DNA of 64,000 bases from assembly GCA_000002435.2 (NCBI GenBank), contig CM018793.1; one strand, written 5' to 3'. This stretch comes from Giardia intestinalis (lineage: Eukaryota). Below the pieces are notes generated by a model, which saw only the letters and a list, made by a program, of their open reading frames with translations, was not told the origin of the DNA and ran no database searches. Positions 8,601-16,684 of the stretch are shown piece by piece; position 1 is the stretch's first letter, and the number at the start of each line of letters is the position of its first letter. The translations under genes and the position numbers were made by a program.

Positions 8601-10783
8601 GTCAGGTCAATGAGGATGCTAGAAAGACGATAAGGTTTTGCCAGAAAATCAGCGAGAATAAGGCTTTCGGAGATGACATCGAGGGGATTGAGTAGAAGCT
8701 CGGATATCTTATGCGTGTTTTGCGGGGGTCTAGTAGAGATGGGAGTAGTGCCAGCCACATTGCCACTGAGGCTGGGCACAGTAGGTACAGTAGGCGTCCC
8801 ACTAACGACACGCTGCTTGGTGGTGGGCGTTGTTGTTTGGCGAGTACGCGACACCTGTATTTGTGGAGACTTCCTGTCTGCCAGCTCGCTTGACCCTGGA
8901 CGAGACGGAGTGCGCCTTATCCCTGGAGTAACCCCAGGAGACCTTGTGCGGGCAGTGGTTGAGACAGGAGTTGCTGCTGTGGTGGCAGGGGCAGTAGGAG
9001 GATGGGGATCTACATTAGGAATAAGTCCAGAGTTGACTGCGGCCTGAATACTCAAAACAAGACTTTTCAACCTCTGGACCTCGGTCGACGAACCACCAGT
9101 GGACAGCGCATTGAAGCGCATAATTTCGGCCATGATGGTGGACACAGGGGCATTCTTCTGATATCCTATCATAGGCTGGAAAAGGATGTCAGAAAGGACC
9201 TGCAAATGTTGCGGAGACTGGATGTGATGAATGCAGCACGCAGAAAGCATCTCGGTGCAAGCGTTACGGATCCCTTGTGACGCATCGCAAACAAGCCCCA
9301 TTGATGCTTTGCTAAGGGCTCCAAGAGCCTTTGTAGTTAACGTGATCCTAGACCTGAAGGAGTCGATAAAGCTTTGCAACTGATCCTTACTCCTAATATT
9401 GAGACCCGAAGCCTTTAAGTAATAAGAGTACCCTTCGAATGAATCTTCTAGAAAGGATGAAACATTGGTCATAACCCCCAGTTCTGTTGAGAATCCATAG
9501 CAGTGCTTAAGAAAGATCAGCATTTCCTGTCGTTGGTCGGGAGACTTGCTGCTGAGCGCAGCTAGTACGTCGGTCATGGCCTCTGTGAGCGTTATCTTAT
9601 TGATTAACAGAGCCATCATAGATTTGTTGCAGTGAGACACAATAGCGGGCCGCTTTTCTCTGAGCTTTCCTATTAAAGACTGAAAAAATTGCTTAGCAAG
9701 TTGGGGAGGAAACGCTTCGATTACGCTTCCCATGAGTCCTTGCAACCTGATAGCTTGAATACAGCACGCATTATTAGATTCATTGTCAACCAGGTGCTTT
9801 ACTATTTTAGTAAGATTGCTCCACGAGTTTGTCGGAGGGATTCTTGGCTGCGGGTGGCTGGCTAAATCGTCATAGATCTGTTTTAGTATATTGCATCGCT
9901 CCTCCCACTTCGAAGAAGTGTTTTGGAGAATCGTTTCCCACCCAGGGTCAACTGTAGGAAAGTAGTAGTCTTGGAGTGCAGGGGTACCCCCGTCTACTGA
10001 AGATTGCAGCAGGGCTGAAGACGGGTTCTCAGGCCTAGCATCCCCCCTTCCTTGTCTAGGCCCTGTGGTACCTTTTTTCATCCCTCGCTGCCCCCCTGGT
10101 CCACCTCCCTGGTCCACTTCCTTCGTTTTATCTGCTATTGCACTAAGAAGTGCCTGGAAGTGTGCTTTAGGGAGCTCTGACTCTAGTATCCCCATCAGAT
10201 CATGAGCGTCCTTAGAGTCTAGCGTGAGTACCTGTGCAATTGCCTCCTGCGACGCCTTTCTAACCTCTGGTTCCTTGGCCTGGAGAGTCTGAATTAGCAG
10301 AAAAATCACGTCGGTGAAGTCTAGTTGCTTTCCCCGTGCCGATGAGTGCTCTATTTGTTGTTTGATAAGCTCTGTAAGAGCTATCAGCGCTGCCTTGGCC
10401 TGAGTCGGATTGCTACTCTGAACTGTACTAGTTACCACTCCCATGACTATATCGTGTGACCGCTTCTCGAAATCTAGGAGCAGAGCCATCGACATTGCAC
10501 GCACATTACTCTTGGAATGGATGCAACAAGGATAGATCAGCAAAGAAACAATCTCGTAGAAGACGGGCCAAGAGTGCAATTCTGGCTCGTCCTTAATCCG
10601 CTCAAGTAGCTGCAGTGCAGCACTCAGACAGAGCAAGTTCGAGTCTCTGAGTGACTGGGGAAACACATCGCTAACTGACGCAATGGCCACGGATGGCTCT
10701 TCCCTAATCAAGCCCTGTATTGTTTCTAGTCTTATCTTCCATTCACTCTTCCCGGAGTTATCATCGGCTGGAGCAGCTTGCAT
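5645..10783 (-). CDS. Large HEAT/TOG-like repeat protein, 1712 aa; possibly XMAP215/Dis1-family microtubule-associated protein (tentative)
   Basis: Complete ORF ATG..TGA. The N-terminus SEWKIRLETIQGLIREEP...LRDSNLLCLSAALQLLERIKDEP resembles the start of TOG1 in XMAP215/ch-TOG (WKaRL...DSNavvqlkgLeaal). A second KW-E-R motif (TSSKWEERCNILKQIYDDL) sits ~280 aa in, at the spacing expected for TOG2. Mostly alpha-helical repeat character with a Ser/Thr/Pro-rich linker. Confidence 0.45.
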   Translation of the reverse strand: MQAAPADDNSGKSEWKIRLETIQGLIREEPSVAIASVSDVFPQSLRDSNLLCLSAALQLLERIKDEPELHSWPVFYEIVSLLIYPCCIHSKSNVRAMSMALLLDFEKRSHDIVMGVVTSTVQSSNPTQAKAALIALTELIKQQIEHSSARGKQLDFTDVIFLLIQTLQAKEPEVRKASQEAIAQVLTLDSKDAHDLMGILESELPKAHFQALLSAIADKTKEVDQGGGPGGQRGMKKGTTGPRQGRGDARPENPSSALLQSSVDGGTPALQDYYFPTVDPGWETILQNTSSKWEERCNILKQIYDDLASHPQPRIPPTNSWSNLTKIVKHLVDNESNNACCIQAIRLQGLMGSVIEAFPPQLAKQFFQSLIGKLREKRPAIVSHCNKSMMALLINKITLTEAMTDVLAALSSKSPDQRQEMLIFLKHCYGFSTELGVMTNVSSFLEDSFEGYSYYLKASGLNIRSKDQLQSFIDSFRSRITLTTKALGALSKASMGLVCDASQGIRNACTEMLSACCIHHIQSPQHLQVLSDILFQPMIGYQKNAPVSTIMAEIMRFNALSTGGSSTEVQRLKSLVLSIQAAVNSGLIPNVDPHPPTAPATTAATPVSTTARTRSPGVTPGIRRTPSRPGSSELADRKSPQIQVSRTRQTTTPTTKQRVVSGTPTVPTVPSLSGNVAGTTPISTRPPQNTHKISELLLNPLDVISESLILADFLAKPYRLSSILIDLTNTLLLAGPESICLLNLQEFIDGLFVTACELFRNFDINLLQLDMASINHFLSLACDFASKCTIHDLLTFLHSKGTACNSLYVLKISPHSSGTAEGLTYRMIQATFVQLFEFFCRYCVLLFSLSFSTANPFPNSSLLLPPDLFTKIAKTLETLLVSFFTPSLPGLTKNSIDTIAPVLVRIVLLLKASTGDCPPTSKDSDCTEALTTISNTIFPLFVSLSQEPRHVFNLTSSEVLLLSDPDSLQVPVNIVELSNCIRSICSEMSSKNVPLFPSVNQSTSISWCLTTTIDFLRMYERDERALESLQSLFRTFLLVLQKDVPFTVLSAQFSHGCPPSVQSIIASMIPFHDVDTKLSKIISQLSVPEEEISKSTEPVITAMKLLINHVRDHKELLHSSLCRLLVQLVVRILRIHRDNAIGVIQPCIGASLGVSLSKSAISALNTSVNEHIGSKLVYRLVRYAAIVLLECVESQGCSKFLSSHDAATILVEIGYFCNRSLIQGLFVDETEEIVTDVIELYIGIMMSLLSNGNIETLAKANMSLLLEVYVTLMSFTCDYFVARHSNDAEDLNAEITAMPALVFRFIPENLAQHGSYLLHLQNEVLTKMFIPITDSLQSQINPARKELQGDSNGSATMQLDPLKFIQMLATCFNTACDHVLTYLQLEHGVSPENVFYLLNPDTNKVFADMYHRSYELYGVDSKDVRLCLRFVRSMTETYVKSTIGSGIIDQLEIIPPYYEIFLTSLGYPGTGYSISHNSDNSPMSLQDSASYSEDRSRDSATPGAQAARLIGPPSLHNDVAHHAAAEIANYMSSAIATTESANASISRHKSKIPGFESGASKVERERLVTAPAGFSRTTKQVSLKANLSLLQTSPKEAITQIHEYALRDAGLDSKATGTEEEGEFTAYLEGSLAPLLISSYNMGESSVMKLLVSLKKQHSIWIAENKINVIKTARLSKTGKVKGSITDTPGHSQHAYMDCLNALEAELNKNSK

Positions 10784-11172
10784 TGGCCACTCTGTTTTTG
10801 TTTTTTAAATTTTCTTCATCTAAATTGCGAGCAATGAAAAAGAAGATGGTGATAACGACTATGCGCTCTTGCTATTCTGCCAGGACAACTTTGTAGCTAC
10901 GCGGATCACAGAGCAGTTTATCACCTCCTGCTGCAGTTCCGTCCAGCGCTGTCCATGATCTGCTAAAGGTTTAAAAAGCTTTTAGAAACCACATCGAATT
11001 ATCTTCGCCCTACAAATCTACCAATTGCCGTCTTTTTTAAAATCTTTGGCGATTCCATAAAAATTCCGGGGGCCAGTAACGTAGAAGCTCGGCTATATGG
11101 ACGTAAAGTCTTAAATTTCTTTTACGCCATTTTGCAATTCATAAAATTATCAAGTTTGCCTTGGTGCGGTGC

Positions 11173-14100
11173 ATGGAGACAGCTCGTGCTTTCCCACGAA
11201 ACAGCTCAGCACCCACACCATATAGGAGTAAGGGGGTTGTGGATGTCATTAATAAAAGCTCGAGTATTGCGCTTTTTGCTGATCAGTCTTATAGCCCATA
11301 TCAATCAGCATTCAACTCAACATCTGATAGTCTATCGGTGAGTGATTTCCCTCAAAACCCTGGGATGCATAGTGTGATTCACATTTACGACTGCCATATT
11401 GTCCCCTCTCCAGCTCCCTGGAATGCCCCCACTCCCGTCATAGACGCATACGACCCCATCATAACCTTTCCTACCTCAATTACCAACTCTCCGTTTCTTC
11501 AGCGTAACTCATCAACGGGAAGAGGATCAATCAACTCTGCTGGTATGTCGGGGTCTGCTTTGCTACGCCTATCCACGTCGTACGCACGGGCCTCCCCGCT
11601 TTCTGAGCGAGATCTTGCGGCTGCATCCCCTCTCTCTCCGGTAATGAATGCAGCGGACGCCTTGCGATCATCTGTTAACCAGTTTGCAGAGAGTACTACG
11701 AACGCGTACGAAACCAACGGAGAGATATTCTTTCCTCGCGTTAAGATATTGCAGGATTGTCGCGACGAGGAAGACGTCACCGAAAAAGAAGGTGTACAGA
11801 GTCTCATCACAGAGTATCTTCCCGAGAACAACCCTTCCGCCTCCATTGCTCTCTCAACCTTTGAAGTGATTGCAGAGGAACAATTGGGGGTTAGATCTAC
11901 GAGTTCTCATGAGAGATCTGAATCAAAGGTTAGCCGTGAGCAACTTCTAGATGACCAATATTATCAGGGTGTGGACATTGCATCATTTATGCCGTTTCCT
12001 CAGCGGGTGGGAGAGCATGGAGACAAGGGTGGTCGATGGAGAGGAAAGGGGGCGCCCGTTGGGGTTCCATTTGGGGTACAGAACTACCAATCTACTCAGT
12101 CATCCAGCTCTCGGCGTCTCCTTTCCTCCGCGGTTAAGCACCAAAGCCGCGCAGTCCCCAAAGAGGTCTTTGCGTCATCCGTTGATGACGCGTTTCTGCC
12201 TCTGAAGGGGTTAACAGAACAGCAGCTCTCTTTCACTACAACACCTGTTATGACTCACAGAACAGAGGATGATGATCAGTATCGGTACTCACTAAAAACT
12301 AAGTTCTCTAAGCATAACGCTGATGAGGATTCTGCGCTCTCTGGAAAGGATAAAGGCATGTCTCCAATCACTCACAAGTATACTAACCAAATTAGCCGTG
12401 ACACCTCTGGCTCAATTCGTCTTGGGGAGACGCTACTCGCCGAAGCCAGTCCAGACCAACGTATCTCAATTATCAAACGTCTGCTTAAAGCTGCAATGAC
12501 CCACAGAGACATTGAAGTGGTTATCTACTTTACTGCTAAGCTGGTGGATATGGCGTCTATCGACTCTCGTGTGTCTAGGGAGATAACAGACTACATCCGT
12601 TTCTTAGAAGAGCATGGATATGTAGCTAAAGCTGCTGCTCTCCTGATAAAGTGTGTAGAAAATCACCTTCGATCCGCAGACGGTGCGAATTTCCCAGAGC
12701 AGCTTATCCTTAAGGCTCTTAAGCTCTACGAATCTATAGGGGAATATGACTCGTGCTATCATTTAATTGAGCGTACAGTTCAGCAGTATACGCAACCACC
12801 TTTCTATACTTGTGGTTCTAACTTTCCAACCGGCGGCAGCATGAATAGGCACTCTGTTAGTCTAGACAAGTATTGGAGAGTCATCTTTTTTGGTGCATAT
12901 CTTGAGATGCTGCAAGGAAACCATGGCCGAAGCCGAGAAATAATCTCGTATCTAATTCTTCATACCAAGGAACCAGGCCCTGTGATAGTAGATTACCTGG
13001 AGCTAGAATTGAAGTATGGTTCCTTTAAGTGCGCATTCAGTTACATCTTCCAGTACTTCTTGCGCGAAGAAATCTTGTATTCACCGCTGTCGCTTCTATC
13101 CTTTGAGCTGATGATGCGGGGGTTTCCCAACAACATAAAGCTTATCATGGGAATACTCAAGAAGATGACAAGCAGCTGCGCGATCAACGACATACGCTGG
13201 AAGCTAAAGTGCTTGTGTGCACTGTATTGCATAAGGAACAATAACGCAGAGCAAGCTCTCAATCTCTGCTTTAAGGCGCTATCCTGTGCTAAGGATGGCG
13301 TCCAGTGGCGCATCTTTGTCCTCATAGCCAAGATTTACTTTATACGCAGCTGCAAGAGCAACGTATCTGACTACTGGGTGAGGGAAATGAAGGAGAAGCT
13401 GTTCAACAATCTTACACAGGCGTATCAGACGGCTCCATTGAAATCACGGCTTTTTGTTATAATTGAAAGGGCACACTACTATGAATACTATGGAGATATC
13501 AACACCGCATTAAGCTTGCTGCTCGAAGCAATCAGCACGAATCAAAAAGAGTGGAAATACACGTTAGAATACGCAAATATTCTTCGTAGACACAACAGGC
13601 TAGTGGAGGCCTTGGAAAGCATTGCCTTCTCCCTTACTCTGGGAGATAATGTAAGTACAGGGCGGCTCTGGGCTCTGTATGCGTCTACGGCACAGTCAAA
13701 AGGTGCAAGCTCACATTACATGGTAATAAAGGCGGCCGTCTATCACTGTCCAAAAAGTGCTGACGTCTGGGTAGAGCTTGCTCGACTGTTCCTCAATCCA
13801 GCATACAATTGCTTCAACACTGCTACTGCAGAGGATGCTCTTGCTAAAGCGGTATACTATACCCCGCAATACGGAGACACGTACATTGAGTGGCTAAGGC
13901 TTCTAGTAATTAAGTACCTTGTATACGGCACGAATATCTCCTCTGTTGTGCGACAGTGCCTCGGTTTATGTATTGACATGAAGCCTACGTACGGTAATTT
14001 GTGGTCATACTGCAAAGCAAAAACAGTCCATCTGGGGTATTGCCCTGTTAAAGACTACAATGGACCAGCATCTGTTTCTAAGAGCATCGTTGATTGTGCG

Positions 14101-14379
14101 TTCTTCCACGTTATCCAGGACGTTTATCAGAACCTAGACCTATATAAGGTGGCGTGCAGATTTCAAAAAGAGTACGCTGACCAGGCCACAGGTGGAGTGA
14201 TTGGGGCACTCTCCCTTAGACCCGAGGACGTGCAAAAGAAAACTCCAACACAAAGGTGGTACAACTTCAATACAGCAATCGGCCTATTTGATAAGCTGCA
14301 CGCAGAAGCACTAAACAACCCATTAAGCGACAAGAAGGAGAGGGCTGATTTGATTTTTGGCAGTGATCTTGTTCTCTAG
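11173..14379 (+). CDS. Hypothetical protein, ~1068 aa: Ser-rich N-terminal region and HAT/TPR-like helical-repeat C-terminal region
   Basis: The ORF track starts at 11161 with a TTG. The first ATG is at 11173 (ATGGAGACA = MET...). C-terminal repeats have W/Y/E spacing like HAT/TPR repeats (EWKYTLEYANIL, RLWALYASTAQ, DVWVELARLF, TYIEWLRLL). Stop TAG 14377-14379. Confidence 0.6.
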   Translation: METARAFPRNSSAPTPYRSKGVVDVINKSSSIALFADQSYSPYQSAFNSTSDSLSVSDFPQNPGMHSVIHIYDCHIVPSPAPWNAPTPVIDAYDPIITFPTSITNSPFLQRNSSTGRGSINSAGMSGSALLRLSTSYARASPLSERDLAAASPLSPVMNAADALRSSVNQFAESTTNAYETNGEIFFPRVKILQDCRDEEDVTEKEGVQSLITEYLPENNPSASIALSTFEVIAEEQLGVRSTSSHERSESKVSREQLLDDQYYQGVDIASFMPFPQRVGEHGDKGGRWRGKGAPVGVPFGVQNYQSTQSSSSRRLLSSAVKHQSRAVPKEVFASSVDDAFLPLKGLTEQQLSFTTTPVMTHRTEDDDQYRYSLKTKFSKHNADEDSALSGKDKGMSPITHKYTNQISRDTSGSIRLGETLLAEASPDQRISIIKRLLKAAMTHRDIEVVIYFTAKLVDMASIDSRVSREITDYIRFLEEHGYVAKAAALLIKCVENHLRSADGANFPEQLILKALKLYESIGEYDSCYHLIERTVQQYTQPPFYTCGSNFPTGGSMNRHSVSLDKYWRVIFFGAYLEMLQGNHGRSREIISYLILHTKEPGPVIVDYLELELKYGSFKCAFSYIFQYFLREEILYSPLSLLSFELMMRGFPNNIKLIMGILKKMTSSCAINDIRWKLKCLCALYCIRNNNAEQALNLCFKALSCAKDGVQWRIFVLIAKIYFIRSCKSNVSDYWVREMKEKLFNNLTQAYQTAPLKSRLFVIIERAHYYEYYGDINTALSLLLEAISTNQKEWKYTLEYANILRRHNRLVEALESIAFSLTLGDNVSTGRLWALYASTAQSKGASSHYMVIKAAVYHCPKSADVWVELARLFLNPAYNCFNTATAEDALAKAVYYTPQYGDTYIEWLRLLVIKYLVYGTNISSVVRQCLGLCIDMKPTYGNLWSYCKAKTVHLGYCPVKDYNGPASVSKSIVDCAFFHVIQDVYQNLDLYKVACRFQKEYADQATGGVIGALSLRPEDVQKKTPTQRWYNFNTAIGLFDKLHAEALNNPLSDKKERADLIFGSDLVL

Positions 14380-16628
14380 CTCGGAATAAGTTTTTCTAGG
14401 GATTCCGCGTACCTTATCACATACTCTACGCAATCGCTTTGGTCGTATTCCTTGCACCAATCTAACACTGTCTTTCCAGAAGCCTGTACAAGTTCGTACT
14501 CACGGGGCATCAGTATCTTCAGGCATTCCAGATTACCGTTTCTAGCTGCAGCCATGAGTGCCGTGAACCCGTTAACCTTTTGCATCCCTGCCTCCTTTTC
14601 ACATAGTAAACTAACTATTTCAAGATGCCCGTTCCACGCAGCGCTCATAAGAGCAGTCCAGCCGCTCTTCATAGAGAAGCCAGCCTCGCGCGAAACGAGA
14701 TATATGCAGGCTTCCACATTGCCCGAATCGGCCGCGGCCATCAAAGCTGTCCACCCGTCGGTCGATTGCATCCCTATCTCCACGTCCAATAGCTCAAGGA
14801 GTGTTTTGCCACCCCGCTTAGCGCCAATCATCAGTGAGGTTTGACCATCGTTCTTTTGCAGTCCTGCTTCGTGAGGAGCAAGGTGGCGAATAGAAGAGTA
14901 ATGGAGCGCCTTGACTGCAAAGTAGAGAGCAGTCCGTCCCTCCGAGTCCTGCTTTCTGGCCTCTTTGCCCGTTTCTATTAGAAGAGCGACAATATCAGCA
15001 TTTCCCACGCTAGCCGCCATCATCAGTGCAGTACGTCCGCTTTTGTTAGTGGTCCCAGCTTGAGACAGCAAGCTCTCAGCCATCCTGAGATCGCCGAGCA
15101 AAGCAGCCTGCATCAGTAGAGTGTTCGCCTTACTGTCAAATAGGACAGCAGATGAACGAAGCTCCTTCAATGGTGGCTGCTCTATTGTAATGTCAGACAG
15201 CTCGCACTCTATGTTCTCATCACCGTGTAGATCTGATAGATTCCCCCGAGGAGAGGGGATACCTGATAGTAGAGCCCTGTGTAATTCTACGTCAAATTGG
15301 GATGAGGAAGCGCCTAAATTGGGCTTAGCCGGTGACACAGATATAGGAGGCTGAAGGGTGGATGATGTCAGAGTGTCGAGGATTATAGATGATCGTCTTA
15401 GCTCACGGAGTGTGCTGTCCTTGACGACGGCAGTGTCTTGTGAGACTAATGAGTCTGTCTGCAATACTACATCGACCATCTCAACACTCTGAGTCAGCAT
15501 TGCAATCTTTTTATATGCAATCGAAAGTTCTTCCTTGTAAATAGATATTTCTGAATGCATAGAGGCCATCTTTGCTTTTATCTCCTCGTACTTGGCCTCT
15601 TCCTTTGTCTGTACTTCTGCCCTTCGCCTAAAAGCTTGAAGTATTGCCTTGCAATACCTCCCAATGTCGTTGTAATTGTATATCTCTGACTTAGAAGATA
15701 AAGAAACGTCATAAACTCCTGCGGCAACTCCCTCATTTATCAGCTGAGAAAGGAGTCTCTGCAAGTAGCTTACACGATAGTTCGAGACGGTCGCATCCAT
15801 CGTGGTTGACATTGCAGATATACTAGACGAGGAGGGTCGCCGAGCATGATCAGGACGCTCTGCAGCCAATGTTTCGCATCTGCGCTCTAATTCCTGCAAC
15901 CGTGAATCAGCCATTCGACGCTCTATTTCGCCGTGCCAGCACTTTGTGCATGGAGTTGTGTTATTAATTCTCGCCAGGCGCACATACGCTAAAAGGTCCA
16001 CTATGGACGACGCCCGCACAGAGTTTGCTGCAGAAATCGCGCGGTTAATGTCGGCAATAATGGCTCCGTGGCCATTATTAATCAAATACTCTGCAGCCTC
16101 CACGCTGCCACTTAAACACGCGTGATCCAAAGCAGAATATCCCTGAAAGTCCCTAAGAGCCGGTGCATGTGTCTTGATTAAGATAGGCAGTGCGTCCATG
16201 GAACGGTTGCGTGCAGCGCGCATTAGCGGGCTGAATCCGTTGTCAGGAATGATGGTGCCTTCTAGTGGAAGAAGAGTAATGCAGGCAGGGGCGTTATTAG
16301 ATTCGGCTGCGTAACAAAGGGCTGTGGAGCCACTGTTGTCAACCATCCCTCCTTCGTGTCGTGCCAGGAGAATAACTGCCGAAATATTAAGAGGGCTTTC
16401 AGTGCCGATGTGAGGTGGTTCTCTAGGGTCACCATAGTGCTGCATGTCTCCAGATCCGTGCAAAGGATCAGCAGAATGTGCCACACCCAAAACGGCCCTC
16501 ATCAGTGCTGTCCGGCCTGCGTCATCCTGTGACCGCTTGAAGTTGGCCAGGTGCTTACTTAAAAAGACAACATCACCAGTCTCAGCAGCCTTCATCCATC
16601 GCGAAGAGTCAAAGGGTTTGCTGGTCAT
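14376..16628 (-). CDS. Ankyrin-repeat plus coiled-coil protein, Giardia 'Protein 21.1'-like, 750 aa
   Basis: ATG..TAG. N-terminal ankyrins (GRTALMRAVLGVAH, GSTALCYAAESNNAPACITLL, GYSALDHACLSGSVEAAEYLI). Central coiled coil (KEEAKYEEIKAKMASMHSEISIYKEELSIAYKKIAMLTQ). Six C-terminal ankyrins (GRTALMMAASVGNADIVALLI, GWTALMAAADSGNVEACIYLV, GWTALMSAAWNGHLEIVSLLC, GFTALMAAARNGNLECLKILM). Its stop overlaps the stop of the convergent gene within CTAG at 14376-14379. Confidence 0.85.
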   Translation of the reverse strand: MTSKPFDSSRWMKAAETGDVVFLSKHLANFKRSQDDAGRTALMRAVLGVAHSADPLHGSGDMQHYGDPREPPHIGTESPLNISAVILLARHEGGMVDNSGSTALCYAAESNNAPACITLLPLEGTIIPDNGFSPLMRAARNRSMDALPILIKTHAPALRDFQGYSALDHACLSGSVEAAEYLINNGHGAIIADINRAISAANSVRASSIVDLLAYVRLARINNTTPCTKCWHGEIERRMADSRLQELERRCETLAAERPDHARRPSSSSISAMSTTMDATVSNYRVSYLQRLLSQLINEGVAAGVYDVSLSSKSEIYNYNDIGRYCKAILQAFRRRAEVQTKEEAKYEEIKAKMASMHSEISIYKEELSIAYKKIAMLTQSVEMVDVVLQTDSLVSQDTAVVKDSTLRELRRSSIILDTLTSSTLQPPISVSPAKPNLGASSSQFDVELHRALLSGIPSPRGNLSDLHGDENIECELSDITIEQPPLKELRSSAVLFDSKANTLLMQAALLGDLRMAESLLSQAGTTNKSGRTALMMAASVGNADIVALLIETGKEARKQDSEGRTALYFAVKALHYSSIRHLAPHEAGLQKNDGQTSLMIGAKRGGKTLLELLDVEIGMQSTDGWTALMAAADSGNVEACIYLVSREAGFSMKSGWTALMSAAWNGHLEIVSLLCEKEAGMQKVNGFTALMAAARNGNLECLKILMPREYELVQASGKTVLDWCKEYDQSDCVEYVIRYAESLEKLIPS

Positions 16629-16684
16629 GGCAATATCCCATTAAAAAATTCTGCTTCATACAAAACCTTTTCCCAGGCTACAGT

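Noticed and set aside
11161-11172. TTG start at 11161 for the 1072-aa ORF
   Set aside because: It is a non-ATG codon. The first ATG is at 11173 (MET...).
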